Position numbers and translations under genes: made by a program. From Candidatus Nanopelagicales bacterium (GTDB lineage Bacteria; Actinomycetota; Actinomycetes; S36-B12): DNA of 54,518 nucleotides. The stretch is from NCBI GenBank assembly GCA_041675125.1, contig JBAYUM010000002.1, positions 1 to 54,518 on the forward strand. Reading direction: 5' to 3'. The notes beneath the pieces are model-generated. The model made no database searches and was not told the DNA's origin. It saw nothing but the letters and a program-made list of their open reading frames with translations. Within the stretch, counting starts at the first letter, position 1, and every line of letters starts with the position of its first letter. Shown here piece after piece: positions 19,474 to 30,575 of the stretch.

Positions 19474-21336
19474 CTACCTCGGACGCTTGGTACTCGTCAC
19501 CGAGCCTGGAATTGTGGGTGCTCCGTCACCCGCGGCAGGCGTGGCCGAAGGCGATCTCGTCGCAGTGGTTGCGCGGCCTGAGGCTGATGGCGACGGGGTC
19601 GGCTTGAAGACACTGCCCGGCTTGACCTTCTTCTTCTCCTTGCCGCAGATCACCTCCGGCGAGGGCTTGTACTTCGAGGTGATGGTCTGCCGCTTGACCT
19701 CGACGCCATCCTTGTAGAAGACCCGGTCGACATCGATGGTGAAGCCCTCCATCCCACCCTGGCCCAGGCAGGTCGATGACTCGTCATAGATGGTCTTGAA
19801 GGGCTTGACGTCGGTGCGAGGCCCGAACTCTGCCTTGATCTCGCTGTAGACGGGCGTGCCCCAGAACGACACCGTGATCGAGGTGCTCGTGGCCGAGGCC
19901 TGGATGTACACGGCATCGGAATAGGGATTCTTGAACTTCATGTCGAAGATGCCCCATGCGACCGTTGCCTCGAGCCCTGCCTTGTAGCGCGAGATGTAGA
20001 TCGAGTGGGCGATGACCTGCTCGGGCTCCATGCCCGCGTAGAACGCCGCCGTCCAGGTCGCTGTCGTGGCGGTCGACACCCCGCCACCCAGCTCCTCGGC
20101 GAAGATCCCGCCCTGACCGATGACAAATCCAACCGTGTACCCGTTGGCGATGGTGCGCTCCTTCATCGCATCGTTCATGGAGAAGGTCGCACCCGGCATC
20201 ACGATCGACCCATTGACCCGTCGAGCGGCCTGTCCGATGTTCTGCTTGCGATACGCGGCATACGGGAAGTTCTGGGTGAAGGTCGACAGGCGGCTCTTGA
20301 CTCCGAGAGCCTGAGCCTGTGCCGTCGTCAGAGCGGGCTCGCGCACCCCGACACTGACGGTAACCGAGCGATCAGGCGGGTTCTTGTCGATGACACCCGC
20401 TACCGCCCCGGAGAGCTCTGCATCGGCCACGCCCTTGCCGACCTTGCTCGGCACGATCACTGGCGAGCCATTGCTGATGACGAATGTCGCATCGCGGCCC
20501 GGAACCTCCACGGGTGCAAGCTGCTTCGCCAACGCACGATGCAGTACCGCTCCGTTGAGGACGGGCAGCAACTCGCCATCCTGCTCACTGAAGCTCAGTG
20601 AGCGAGCGATCGCCCGGCGGGTGAGCCGGGCCGTGATCTCCTGCGCATGCACTGCCACTGGCGCGCTGACAGCCTGCCTGGCCCGCTCCTGAGCAGCCGT
20701 CAACGCCGCATCAGAGACCTTGGGCTCTGTGTCGACCGGGTCGATCGTGACCTCGCTGTCACCTGCGGCAAAAGCCCCCACAAGTGCACTGGACGCAGTC
20801 TCGCGATCGATCTCACGGCCTGCCTGGCCCGCGATACGAACGGGATCCAGGCCCTTCATATCGATCGTCGGTTCAACCGCTGGGCGGTCCATCACCGTTG
20901 CAATGGCGTCAACCTGCGCGCCGAGCGAGTCCTGATCGACATCAATCACCGGGTCGAGGGTGCGCTTGGTGAAGAAATTCGCGATGAGCGCGAACGGATT
21001 CCAGGTACGGGCCGAGGCTTGGGCGACGGTTGCCTCAGGGTTGATCGACAGGCCGGCGTCCGACGGCTTGACGGGAAACTCCTTGTGGGCGCTGTGCACC
21101 GTTATCGTGGCGCTGCCGGCATCCAAGAACGACGAGTCGACCGCTGCCACGGCCTCCTGCTCTGTCATTCCGCCGATCTCGACCCCGCGCACAGACGTCC
21201 CCCGAGCGATGCCCGGTCCGGCCACCAAGGCCGCCAGCAGATAGAGCGCGACGAGCGCGACGATTCCCACCGCTGAGACCAGGAGGATGCGCTGGGAAAC
21301 CCCCACCGGCCACTGCCAGTGGCGCTTCTCACTCAC
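19474..21336 (-). CDS. VanW/YoaR-like membrane-anchored protein with P/S/T-rich C-tail
   Basis: 620 aa with an N-terminal TM helix. The VanW-type core is recognised by eye (TFTQNFPYAAYRKQNIGQAARRVNGSIVMPGATFSMND...GGGVSTATT). Confidence 0.75.
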   Translation of the reverse strand: MSEKRHWQWPVGVSQRILLVSAVGIVALVALYLLAALVAGPGIARGTSVRGVEIGGMTEQEAVAAVDSSFLDAGSATITVHSAHKEFPVKPSDAGLSINPEATVAQASARTWNPFALIANFFTKRTLDPVIDVDQDSLGAQVDAIATVMDRPAVEPTIDMKGLDPVRIAGQAGREIDRETASSALVGAFAAGDSEVTIDPVDTEPKVSDAALTAAQERARQAVSAPVAVHAQEITARLTRRAIARSLSFSEQDGELLPVLNGAVLHRALAKQLAPVEVPGRDATFVISNGSPVIVPSKVGKGVADAELSGAVAGVIDKNPPDRSVTVSVGVREPALTTAQAQALGVKSRLSTFTQNFPYAAYRKQNIGQAARRVNGSIVMPGATFSMNDAMKERTIANGYTVGFVIGQGGIFAEELGGGVSTATTATWTAAFYAGMEPEQVIAHSIYISRYKAGLEATVAWGIFDMKFKNPYSDAVYIQASATSTSITVSFWGTPVYSEIKAEFGPRTDVKPFKTIYDESSTCLGQGGMEGFTIDVDRVFYKDGVEVKRQTITSKYKPSPEVICGKEKKKVKPGSVFKPTPSPSASGRATTATRSPSATPAAGDGAPTIPGSVTSTKRPR

Positions 21337-21390
21337 GAACGAACCCCCAGAAATTCAACACGGAATGCCTTGATGGTAAGCGACACTCGG

Positions 21391-21891
21391 TCAAGAACTC
21401 GGGAGGCTGCGGAACCGGCCTTTCCAGAAGATCAACGGGGCTTCGTCCTCTTCGGCGATGAACAGCCGGTTCACCGAGCCGATGACGATGTCATGGTCGC
21501 CAGCGATGATGATCTGGCTGATCTGGCACTCGATCCAGCACAGGGCATCGCTGATCAAAGGAGACCCCTGCTCGCCTCGCGCATGAGGGACATCCACGAA
21601 TTGCTCAATGAGCGGACGACCACGAACGGCAAACCACTTGGCGATGCGCTCTGCGCCTTGAGGCAGCACTGAGACCGAGAAGCTGGACGCCGCCGTGATC
21701 GCCTCGTGGAATCGAGAGTCACGCTCGACGCAGAACAGCACCAGCAACGGGTCCAGCGACAGCGACGTGAACGAGTTGGTGGTCATCGCGTGATCGACAC
21801 CGTCGACTGTCGCGGTGACGATTGCGACACCCGTCGCATATCGACCCGTGGTGCTGCGGAATGCCTCGGCATTCACGAGGAGTTCACGCAT
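21391..21891 (-). CDS. flavin reductase-like (FMN-binding split barrel) protein
   Basis: FRSTTGRYATGVAIVTA...MTTNSFTSLSLDPLLVLFCV. The start is ATG 21891 (8-nt overlap with the upstream stop) or ATG 21903. Confidence 0.8.
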   Translation of the reverse strand: MRELLVNAEAFRSTTGRYATGVAIVTATVDGVDHAMTTNSFTSLSLDPLLVLFCVERDSRFHEAITAASSFSVSVLPQGAERIAKWFAVRGRPLIEQFVDVPHARGEQGSPLISDALCWIECQISQIIIAGDHDIVIGSVNRLFIAEEDEAPLIFWKGRFRSLPSS

Positions 21892-22282
21892 GTGCGGCCC
21901 CATGGCGATGCTCCGCGTGATCGAGCATCACTGGAAAGGTCGTAGCCGCTGCGCCAAGGATCACGCCTCCGAGCAGGTACACCCACTGCCTTCCACCACC
22001 GGAGATCGCGAGGTCGCCCGACGGACTCTCTGCAGACATGACGATAGTTGCCACGATCCACCCGGTCAGCAGCGTCGCGCCGCCCCAGCGACTGCCGACC
22101 AGCCAGCTTGCACCGCGAATCACCATGACCAGCACTGCGATGACCACCACCATGCCCCAGGGGATGACGAGCAGGCCCCACGGAGCGTTGATGATCGCGC
22201 GATCTGCCTGGACGAATGCGCCAATCAGGCCAATGACAATTCCGAGAACCGCCAGACCCGCATACTCAGCAACCCGAATCAC
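21884..22282 (-). CDS. small polytopic membrane protein (DUF6113-like, mshB-linked)
   Basis: Four hydrophobic helices. A GTGA start/stop overlap joins it to mshB. Confidence 0.6.
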   Translation of the reverse strand: MIRVAEYAGLAVLGIVIGLIGAFVQADRAIINAPWGLLVIPWGMVVVIAVLVMVIRGASWLVGSRWGGATLLTGWIVATIVMSAESPSGDLAISGGGRQWVYLLGGVILGAAATTFPVMLDHAEHRHGAAHA

Positions 22283-23157
22283 GCATCAATCCCTGCGAAG
22301 AGATCGCGCTCGCGCCCGTCAGTCATCGGACCTGGCGTGCCCACGGCAAGTCGGTAGTACTCGACGCCCAGACTGCGCGCGCCGATGGATGAGGTCATTG
22401 CGAGGAATCCCTGGTCCGGGCTCACCTGAGTAGCGTGCGCACGCAGGGCGGCGAGCTTGGCCTCGACGAATTCATGCCCGTCTATCTCGGTGGTGATCAA
22501 GGCGTCGTCGGTGGCAAACGGCAAGTTGTCGGGATCGATTGCGGCGAATCCTTCGGTCTGGCCTGCCTCGCGCAGCGCGAGGATCCCGGCGCGGATGACA
22601 CTGCGCGACATGGTCGTCCAGTAGACCTTGGAGATCTGCCACGGCTCGCCGAGCTCTGGCCTGAAACCAGTCATGGCCGCAAGCACCGCGGCGTAGTGCG
22701 TCACCCGGTGCGCCTGCAGGTGATCCGGATGCCCATAGGAGCCGAAGTCGTCATAGGTCACGGCCACCTGCGGACGGGTCTCGCGGATGACCTTGACCAG
22801 TTCCAGCGAGGCCTCCAGGAGATCGGTGCGCCAGAACGAGGCCGGGTTGTCATTGGGAGGCGTGTCAATCATCCCGGAGTCCCGGAAGCGGCCAGGGCCG
22901 CCAAGCAGACGCCAGTCAGTGATACCCAGGGCCGCCATGGCAGCGGCCAGCTCCTGTTGGCGATGCTCCCCGAGCTTGTCGTCCGAGTGGGCTGCCAGAT
23001 GTGCGACCTCGGGGAGCAGGATCTCGCCCTCCTCGCCCAATGTGCAGGTCACGAGCGTGACTTGTGCGCCCTCTGCCGCGTATTTCGCCATGGTCACGCC
23101 CGTGGCGATGGATTCATCATCGGGATGGGCATGAACGAGTAGGAGTCGGCGGGTCAC
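22279..23157 (-). CDS. mshB: LmbE-family deacetylase, MshB-like (GlcNAc-Ins deacetylase)
   Basis: [16 protein letters not shown] and HPDH motifs. It is trimmed to GTG 23157 (292 aa). The 406-aa track ORF is an R/S-rich over-extension. Confidence 0.85.
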   Translation of the reverse strand: MTRRLLLVHAHPDDESIATGVTMAKYAAEGAQVTLVTCTLGEEGEILLPEVAHLAAHSDDKLGEHRQQELAAAMAALGITDWRLLGGPGRFRDSGMIDTPPNDNPASFWRTDLLEASLELVKVIRETRPQVAVTYDDFGSYGHPDHLQAHRVTHYAAVLAAMTGFRPELGEPWQISKVYWTTMSRSVIRAGILALREAGQTEGFAAIDPDNLPFATDDALITTEIDGHEFVEAKLAALRAHATQVSPDQGFLAMTSSIGARSLGVEYYRLAVGTPGPMTDGRERDLFAGIDA

Positions 23158-23188
23158 ATGCAGAAGGTACCTTGCCCAGTGCGGCAGC

Positions 23189-25329
23189 ATGACCCATGTG
23201 AAGAACCCAGCAACGGCACCTGCTCCCGAGTCGTATCCCCGGCAGCGGGCTCGCACCCGTGGATTCCAGCTCGGACGCCCCCGCAGCTTCCACATCACCG
23301 ATTCACGCGTGCTCTTCATCCGCAGCACATCCGGCTCTGACAGTGCCGGCTCCCTGTGGAGTCTCGACCTCGTCAATGGCGGGGCCGAGGAGTGCATCGT
23401 CGATGTGCGCAGCGATATTCCGTCTGCCAGTGACGAGGACCTCCCTGCCGCCGAACGAGCCCGACGGGAGCGCATGCGCGAGGTCACCGGCGGGATCACG
23501 GCCTTCAGCGTTGATGACGTTGGAGTCCGGGCCGCGTTCGCCGTTGGTGGCTCGCTCTATGCCGTGGAACTCGACAGTCGCACGATCACTGCCCTCCCAT
23601 CACCTGGGCCAGCGGTGGATCCGCGGATGAATGCCTCGGGCACCCGCGTCTCATTCGTGTGCGAGCAGTCGCTGTACGTCGTCAACCTTCGCAACCTCGC
23701 CCAGGGCGCCGTCTGTCTTGCGCAATCTCAAGGCGAGGACGAGTCCTGGGGCCTTGCGGACTTCATCGCGGCCGAGGAGCTCTCCCGCTTTCGCGGCCAC
23801 TGGTGGCTTGCCGACGGCGAGTCCCTGCTCGTGGAGCGCACTGACACCTCACCAGTTGCCCAGTGGTGGATCGCGGACCCGGCCAATCCCACGCAAGAGC
23901 CTCATGCCGTGCGCTATCCCGGTGCGGGAACCGCGAATGCGGCACTCGAGCTCTGGCATGTGGGGGTTGGAGGAGACAAACAGCAGATCACCTGGAACAG
24001 CGGTATCTATCCGTATGTCGCCTCAATCCATATGGACGACTCTGCGGCGATTGTCGAACTGCTCACCCGAGACCAGCGCACGGTCAGCATCTGTCGCGTC
24101 GACCTCGAGCAACAGGTCCTTGTCGAGATCCAGTCGCGGACAGACGCAGCATGGATCGATGTCATGCCTGGCGTTCCCTGCCTTGATGAAGCAGGCCAGC
24201 TCCTGGAGATCCTTGCCGATCACGAGACGGACACCTACCGGCTTGCACGTGCTGACCGCATGCTCACTCCAGCGGGGCTTCAAGTGCGGGCCCTGCTCGC
24301 GCACGACGAGACGAGTGCGGTGGTTGCCGCCTCTGCCTCGCCGACTGCTCAGGCGCTCTATCGGGTGAGCTTCGCTGACGGCTCAACCGTGCCGCTCACC
24401 GACGAAGGCTCGTGGTCGGGTGGCACCTGCACAGGCTCGACATCCGTCACCGTGGCTGCCCAGGCCGACACTGCCCACTCGACATTCACCGTGGTGCATG
24501 AGAACCAGCGATTCGAGGTCGCCAATCTCGCCGAGACTCCCCATGTCGAGGTGCGGCCGACCTATGCGCAAGTGGGTAGCCACGACCTCGAATCGTGCAT
24601 CCTGTGGCCGACAGGGCACGTGCCGGGCAGCCGAAGGCTGCCCGTGGTGCTCTCCCCTTATGGCGGTCCGCACGGGCAGCGGGTGATGCGCAATGCGGCT
24701 GCCTTCACGACCGAGCAGTGGTTCGCCGATCAAGGGTTTGCCGTGATCGTCGCCGATGGCCGAGGCACTCCGGGACGCGGTCCGGGCTGGGAGCGGTCCG
24801 TCCTCGATGACCTTGCCACCCACCCGGTGGCAGACCAGGTCGAGGCACTGCACGCACTGGCTACCGTGCATCCCGATCTGGATACCTCACGTGTCGGCAT
24901 CCGGGGCTGGTCCTTCGGCGGCTACCTGGCCGCCCTTGCCGTCCTTGAGCGCCCCGACGTATTCCATGCGGCTGTCGCAGGAGCGCCTGTGACTGACTGG
25001 CAGCTGTACGACACGGCATATACCGAGCGCTATCTCGGCGACCCGAATGCCAATCCCGATGCATACGCCCGCACCTCGCTGCTGAGCAAGGCAGACAAAC
25101 TCCGCACTCCGCTGCTGCTCATTCATGGAATCGCGGATGACAATGTCTTCGTTGCCCACACCCTGCAGTTCTCAGGTGCCCTGCTCGCGGCAGGCAAACC
25201 GCATGCCGTCGTTCCGCTCAGCGGGGTCACGCACATGACTCCGCAGGAGGTCGTCGCCGAGAACCTGCTGCGCCTGGAGGTCGACTTCTTTCGCGAGCAT
25301 CTCGGCGACCACGACTCACCCGGTCAGGG

Positions 25330-25333
<4 letters not shown>
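23189..25333 (+). CDS. S9-family serine peptidase (DPP IV / prolyl oligopeptidase-like)
   Basis: A beta-propeller N-terminal half is followed by the GWSFGGY nucleophile elbow, then a C-terminal IADDNV Asp and GVTH His. Confidence 0.85.
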
Positions 25334-27189
<1,856 letters not shown>

Positions 27190-27242
27190 CCGCAGACCTT
27201 ACGCGGTCGGAGCACTCACCGACTAATCCGCGAGCGCAGGAC

Positions 27243-27818
27243 CTACAACTCCCCGAGCAACTTGAGCGCTGACGGCCCGATCCCGTGCAGGTGCCGGATC
27301 TCGGCCAGATTGCGGGCCTTGAGGTCCTCGATCGTGAGGATTCCGGCGTTCACCAGTGCCCGTCGAGCAGGGGCAGACAGGCCCAGTTCGCGCCAGATGC
27401 CATCGCGCTCAGCGTAATAATCGAGATCAAGGTCACGCGATTCAGGCCATATCGCAACGAGCCCCTCCTCGCCGAAGGCGATCGCCTTCTTGGCAGCAAT
27501 CAACTTCCTGAGCAGCGTCTTGGCCAGCGGCTTGGTGTTCGGAAAGTGCAGGGCGCCCTTGGTCTGGGGGTATCCCGCCAGCTCATCGGCGAACTGCGCG
27601 AGCACGGCGCCGCTGTGCGGGTAGTACGACAAGTCGTTCTTGTTCGCGGCGAATCCGGCGAGGACCTTGCCGCGAACCCTGAACCCAGGCATTCCATAGG
27701 ACAGGCACTGCTCGGCATCGGGAACGATCTCGAGGATGCGGGTTCGCATGGTCTCCAGGGTCGAGCGCTGCGGCTCGGGCACCGCCGACAGGTATTCGTC
27801 GATCTCACTCTTCGCCAT
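27243..27818 (-). CDS. DUF1801 (YdhG-like) domain fused to a C-terminal helix-hairpin-helix module
   Basis: MAKSEIDEYLSAVPEPQRSTLETMRTRILEIVPDAEQCLSYGMPGF is DUF1801-like. The C-terminus, LSAPARRALVNAGILTIEDLKARNLAEIRHLHGIGPSALKLL, resembles the RNAP alpha-CTD HhH. Confidence 0.65.
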   Translation of the reverse strand: MAKSEIDEYLSAVPEPQRSTLETMRTRILEIVPDAEQCLSYGMPGFRVRGKVLAGFAANKNDLSYYPHSGAVLAQFADELAGYPQTKGALHFPNTKPLAKTLLRKLIAAKKAIAFGEEGLVAIWPESRDLDLDYYAERDGIWRELGLSAPARRALVNAGILTIEDLKARNLAEIRHLHGIGPSALKLLGEL

Positions 27819-27828
27819 GTAAGGGAAT

Positions 27829-28350
27829 CTAGGCGCTGGCAGGAGCCTGCTCAAGGCTTGCGAGAGCGATCACGTAGTTCTTGCCGTAGTGCTTGGCGCA
27901 CTTCGGACAGGTCGTATAGAAGAAGTAGATGTCGCCCGGTGTTCGCCCGAGCTCCTTCGCATAGCCCTGGATCTCATCGACCCAGGTCTTGGCCTTGCTG
28001 TACGGGCCTTCGAAGACGCGCGATGCGAAGTCACCGGTGAGGATGACATTGTCCGCCCCGTCGACCTGCTTGCTCACCGCGTACAACTGCTCTGCGCGCC
28101 ATGGCGAGAGGTCGCGGCTGAGGATCATCGCCTCGGTCTCCGGAACCTCGGCACCGGCGCTCACCGCAGCGGCGGCGATGTCGCGCATGACCCTTCCCAT
28201 GTTGAGGGGAACGAAGAACAGGCTGCGCGTGTGCATCCTGATGAATCGGCGTTCATCCATCCGGATGACCTGGCGATCCCATGCGTCGATATTCGGCACC
28301 GCGCAGCAGCCGGTCTCATTGATGTCCGTGTAGGTACTCGGCATGTTCAT
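27829..28350 (-). CDS. conserved Cys-containing protein of unknown function (relatives are often auto-annotated as hydrolase)
   Basis: Starts MNMPSTYTDINETGCCAVPNIDAWD and ends YFFYTTCPKCAKHYGKNYVIALA. GGGAGG lies 7 nt before ATG 28350. The next gene starts 10 nt downstream. Confidence 0.6.
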   Translation of the reverse strand: MNMPSTYTDINETGCCAVPNIDAWDRQVIRMDERRFIRMHTRSLFFVPLNMGRVMRDIAAAAVSAGAEVPETEAMILSRDLSPWRAEQLYAVSKQVDGADNVILTGDFASRVFEGPYSKAKTWVDEIQGYAKELGRTPGDIYFFYTTCPKCAKHYGKNYVIALASLEQAPASA

Positions 28351-28442
28351 GACGAACCTCCCTGACGTTTTCAGCGTATTCCTCTCCACGTCCTACTCAC
28401 CCGTTGGAGCGGAACTCCACCGGATCACACGCTGGATAGGCA

Positions 28443-28808
28443 TCACGGCGCATACGACAAGGCGAGATCGTCCGCAGCAGATCGCAGCCGCTTGTCGCGA
28501 GTCCAAATCCGGGTGGCCTCAGACGACAAGGCGCTTCCGAGCAGATGCGCATCAGTGGGGCTGAGTCCTTTGCCCCACAGCCTGCGTTCAGCGACCAGGG
28601 CAAGCAGCTCGCCATGCTCCAGTACTCCGACAGTCGACAGTCCCGCCATCATCTGCAGCAGTTCGTCTCGACGGGCGAGCGAGCCGAGTGCCAGCTCCTC
28701 GATCACCAGCGGGTGCGTGACGACGCTGTCGCTCAGCAGCAGTTCGATGAGAATCTGGTCAGACGTGTGCAGGTGGTCGATCCACACCGAGGTATCGACC
28801 AGGATCAC
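28443..28808 (-). CDS. vapC: type II toxin VapC (PIN-domain ribonuclease)
   Basis: MILVDTSVWIDHLH... with conserved acidic positions. 121 aa. A GTGA overlap joins it to the upstream ORF. Confidence 0.85.
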   Translation of the reverse strand: MILVDTSVWIDHLHTSDQILIELLLSDSVVTHPLVIEELALGSLARRDELLQMMAGLSTVGVLEHGELLALVAERRLWGKGLSPTDAHLLGSALSSEATRIWTRDKRLRSAADDLALSYAP

Positions 28809-29269
28809 TCCGCCTCACCTCGGCGACGCGGAGCAGCGGAGGCGTTCGGATCGGTTCCCCCGACTGCTGCAAGCTTGCGCGCACTCGCCAGTCTGATCAG
28901 CGTCTCAAGAGCTTCGCGTACGAGGCTGTCCCGATCGCCGATGCCCGTCGCAGCCGCGGCCCGCAGGACGAGATCATCGTCCACGCTCGCGTCAACCTCG
29001 CCGGATTTGGCGGAGTCGTCAGTCGGCGTTGCCTGCCTCGCTGTTGCGGGGCGAGCTTCGACGACGCGTTCGAACGTCACTTGCCTGCCCAACTGGACGT
29101 TCCTGGTGCGAAATCCCGCCCACGCGGGCCGATCGCCTGCGAAGAAGGCCGGGTACTGATTCGCGGAAGGCGGCAAGCCACCGACCAATTCGTCCAGCTG
29201 CTTCCACGTCAAGGTCATGGAGTCATCGACCTTGCTCAAGAGTTCGCGCAACGGCACCCACGTCGCCAC
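28805..29269 (-). CDS. vapB: VapB-family antitoxin with a ~95-aa N-terminal extension
   Basis: The C-terminal ASVDDDLVLRAAAATGIGDRDSLVREALETLIRLASARKL matches the common VapB pattern. GTG 29269 has AAGGAGAGG 6 nt upstream. Codons are GC3-rich throughout. Confidence 0.65.
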   Translation of the reverse strand: MATWVPLRELLSKVDDSMTLTWKQLDELVGGLPPSANQYPAFFAGDRPAWAGFRTRNVQLGRQVTFERVVEARPATARQATPTDDSAKSGEVDASVDDDLVLRAAAATGIGDRDSLVREALETLIRLASARKLAAVGGTDPNASAAPRRRGEAE

Positions 29270-29285
29270 GCCAGCCCCTCTCCTT

Positions 29286-29311
29286 GGTTTAAGTAAATTT
29301 AACCTTAAACC
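29286..29311 (-). promoter_or_regulatory. inverted repeat in the AT-rich vapBC promoter (candidate operator)
   Basis: GGTTTAAG (29286-29293), a 10-nt spacer, then CTTAAACC (29304-29311). It lies within the 57 bp between the vapB start and the ychF stop. Confidence 0.4.
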
Positions 29312-29326
29312 TTGAAAAGTTGAGTG

Positions 29327-30400
29327 TCAAACGTTAAACCTAAACTCCACCACATCACCATCGACCATGACGTAGTCCTTGCCCTCCATGCGCACCCGGC
29401 CCTTGGCCTTGGCCTCGGCCATTGATCCGGCCTCGACCAGGTCCTCGAAGGACACGACCTCGGCCTTGATGAAGCCCTTCTGGAAGTCGGTGTGGATGAC
29501 TCCGGCAGCCTCCGGTGCGGTGGCCCCGACCGGAATGGTCCAGGCCCTTGCCTCCTTCGGGCCGGCGGTGAGGTAGGTCTGCAGGCCGAGGGCTGCGAAG
29601 CCCACGCGAGCCAATGCCTTCAGGCCCGATTCCTCCTGTCCGACCGACTGGAGCAGCTCCATCGCCTCCTCATCGTCGAGCTCGACGAGCTCGGCTTCGA
29701 GCTTGGCGTCGAGGAAAACCGCCTCCGCCGGGGCAACGAGGCGCCGCATGCGCTCCTTGAACTCCTCGTCGCCGAGCTCGTCCTCGTCCACGTTGATGAC
29801 GTAGACGAAGGGCTTGGCCGTGAGCAGGAACAGCTCGCGCAGCGGCTCGACATCGACCTTGGCCTGGAACAGCGTCTCGCCCTGGTCGAGGATCACCTGC
29901 GCGGCTTCGGCTGCCTCGAGCACGGCGAGCTTGGTCTTGTCGGTTCGCGACTCCTTCTGCAGGCGCGGGATCGCCTTCTCGAGAGTCTGCATGTCGGCCA
30001 GGATCAATTCGGTGTTGATCGTGGCCATGTCCTCCTCAGGCGACACTCGTCCCTCGACGTGCACGACATCCTCATCGATGAAGGCCCGAAGCACCTGGCA
30101 GATGGCATCCGACTCGCGGATGTTCGCGAGGAACTTGTTGCCCAGCCCCGCACCCTCGCTCGCGCCCTTCACGATGCCGGCGATGTCGACGAACATGACA
30201 GTTGCCGGGAGGATGCGCTCGGATCCGAAGATTCGGCACAGGTCGTCGAGTCGGGGGTCGGGAACACCCACCACGCCCGTGTTCGGCTCGATCGTGGCGA
30301 ACGGGTAGTTCGCAGCGAGCACGTTGTTCTTGGTCAGGGCATTGAAGAGCGTCGACTTGCCGACGTTGGGGAGTCCGACGATTCCGATGGTGAGGGCCAC
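29327..30400 (-). CDS. ychF: redox-regulated ribosome-binding ATPase YchF
   Basis: MALTIGIVGLPNVGKSTLFNALT, a TGS-like C-terminus and a GTG start with GAAGGA SD. Confidence 0.95.
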   Translation of the reverse strand: MALTIGIVGLPNVGKSTLFNALTKNNVLAANYPFATIEPNTGVVGVPDPRLDDLCRIFGSERILPATVMFVDIAGIVKGASEGAGLGNKFLANIRESDAICQVLRAFIDEDVVHVEGRVSPEEDMATINTELILADMQTLEKAIPRLQKESRTDKTKLAVLEAAEAAQVILDQGETLFQAKVDVEPLRELFLLTAKPFVYVINVDEDELGDEEFKERMRRLVAPAEAVFLDAKLEAELVELDDEEAMELLQSVGQEESGLKALARVGFAALGLQTYLTAGPKEARAWTIPVGATAPEAAGVIHTDFQKGFIKAEVVSFEDLVEAGSMAEAKAKGRVRMEGKDYVMVDGDVVEFRFNV

Positions 30401-30550
30401 GGTTCCGATCCTTCAGTAAATGGTTTCGAGTGCACGGAACAGTCGCCGCGAGCTGGCCACGGGAGCCACGCGCCCAAGGGTAGACGGATGCGGTGCTCTG
30501 CAAGTCGCCGTGGTCCCCTCATCCCTTGACGTCTTGCCATCGATGCACCA

Positions 30551-30575
30551 GAATTCCTGACTATGTCAGGTATTC
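30551..30575. promoter_or_regulatory. palindromic operator overlapping the tetR start codon
   Basis: GAATTCCTGAC-TAT-GTCAGGTATTC has 11-bp arms with 1 mismatch. ATG 30563 is in the centre. Candidate -35 TTGACG (30526-30531) and -10 CAGAAT (30549-30554) are spaced 17 nt apart. Confidence 0.45.

Noticed and set aside
23188-23191. CATG that could serve as start codon for both the S9 peptidase (plus) and a longer MshB (minus)
   Set aside because: MshB homologues begin just before the [11 protein letters not shown] motif, so GTG 23157 fits. The extra 11 codons have no support.
22279-23499. Over-extended 5' ends in the ORF track: mshB 406 aa. The same problem affects xseA 34583, ung 46838, rmuC 31999, dapC 19209, folP 11532, DUF255 44982, greA 51457, htrA 10474, the DUF1801 protein 27854, and the Cys-rich protein 28389.
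   Set aside because: The extensions overlap neighbouring genes, are R/S/C-rich or use A/T-ending codons, and precede internal starts that have SD sequences or match known N-termini. The features are reported with trimmed starts.
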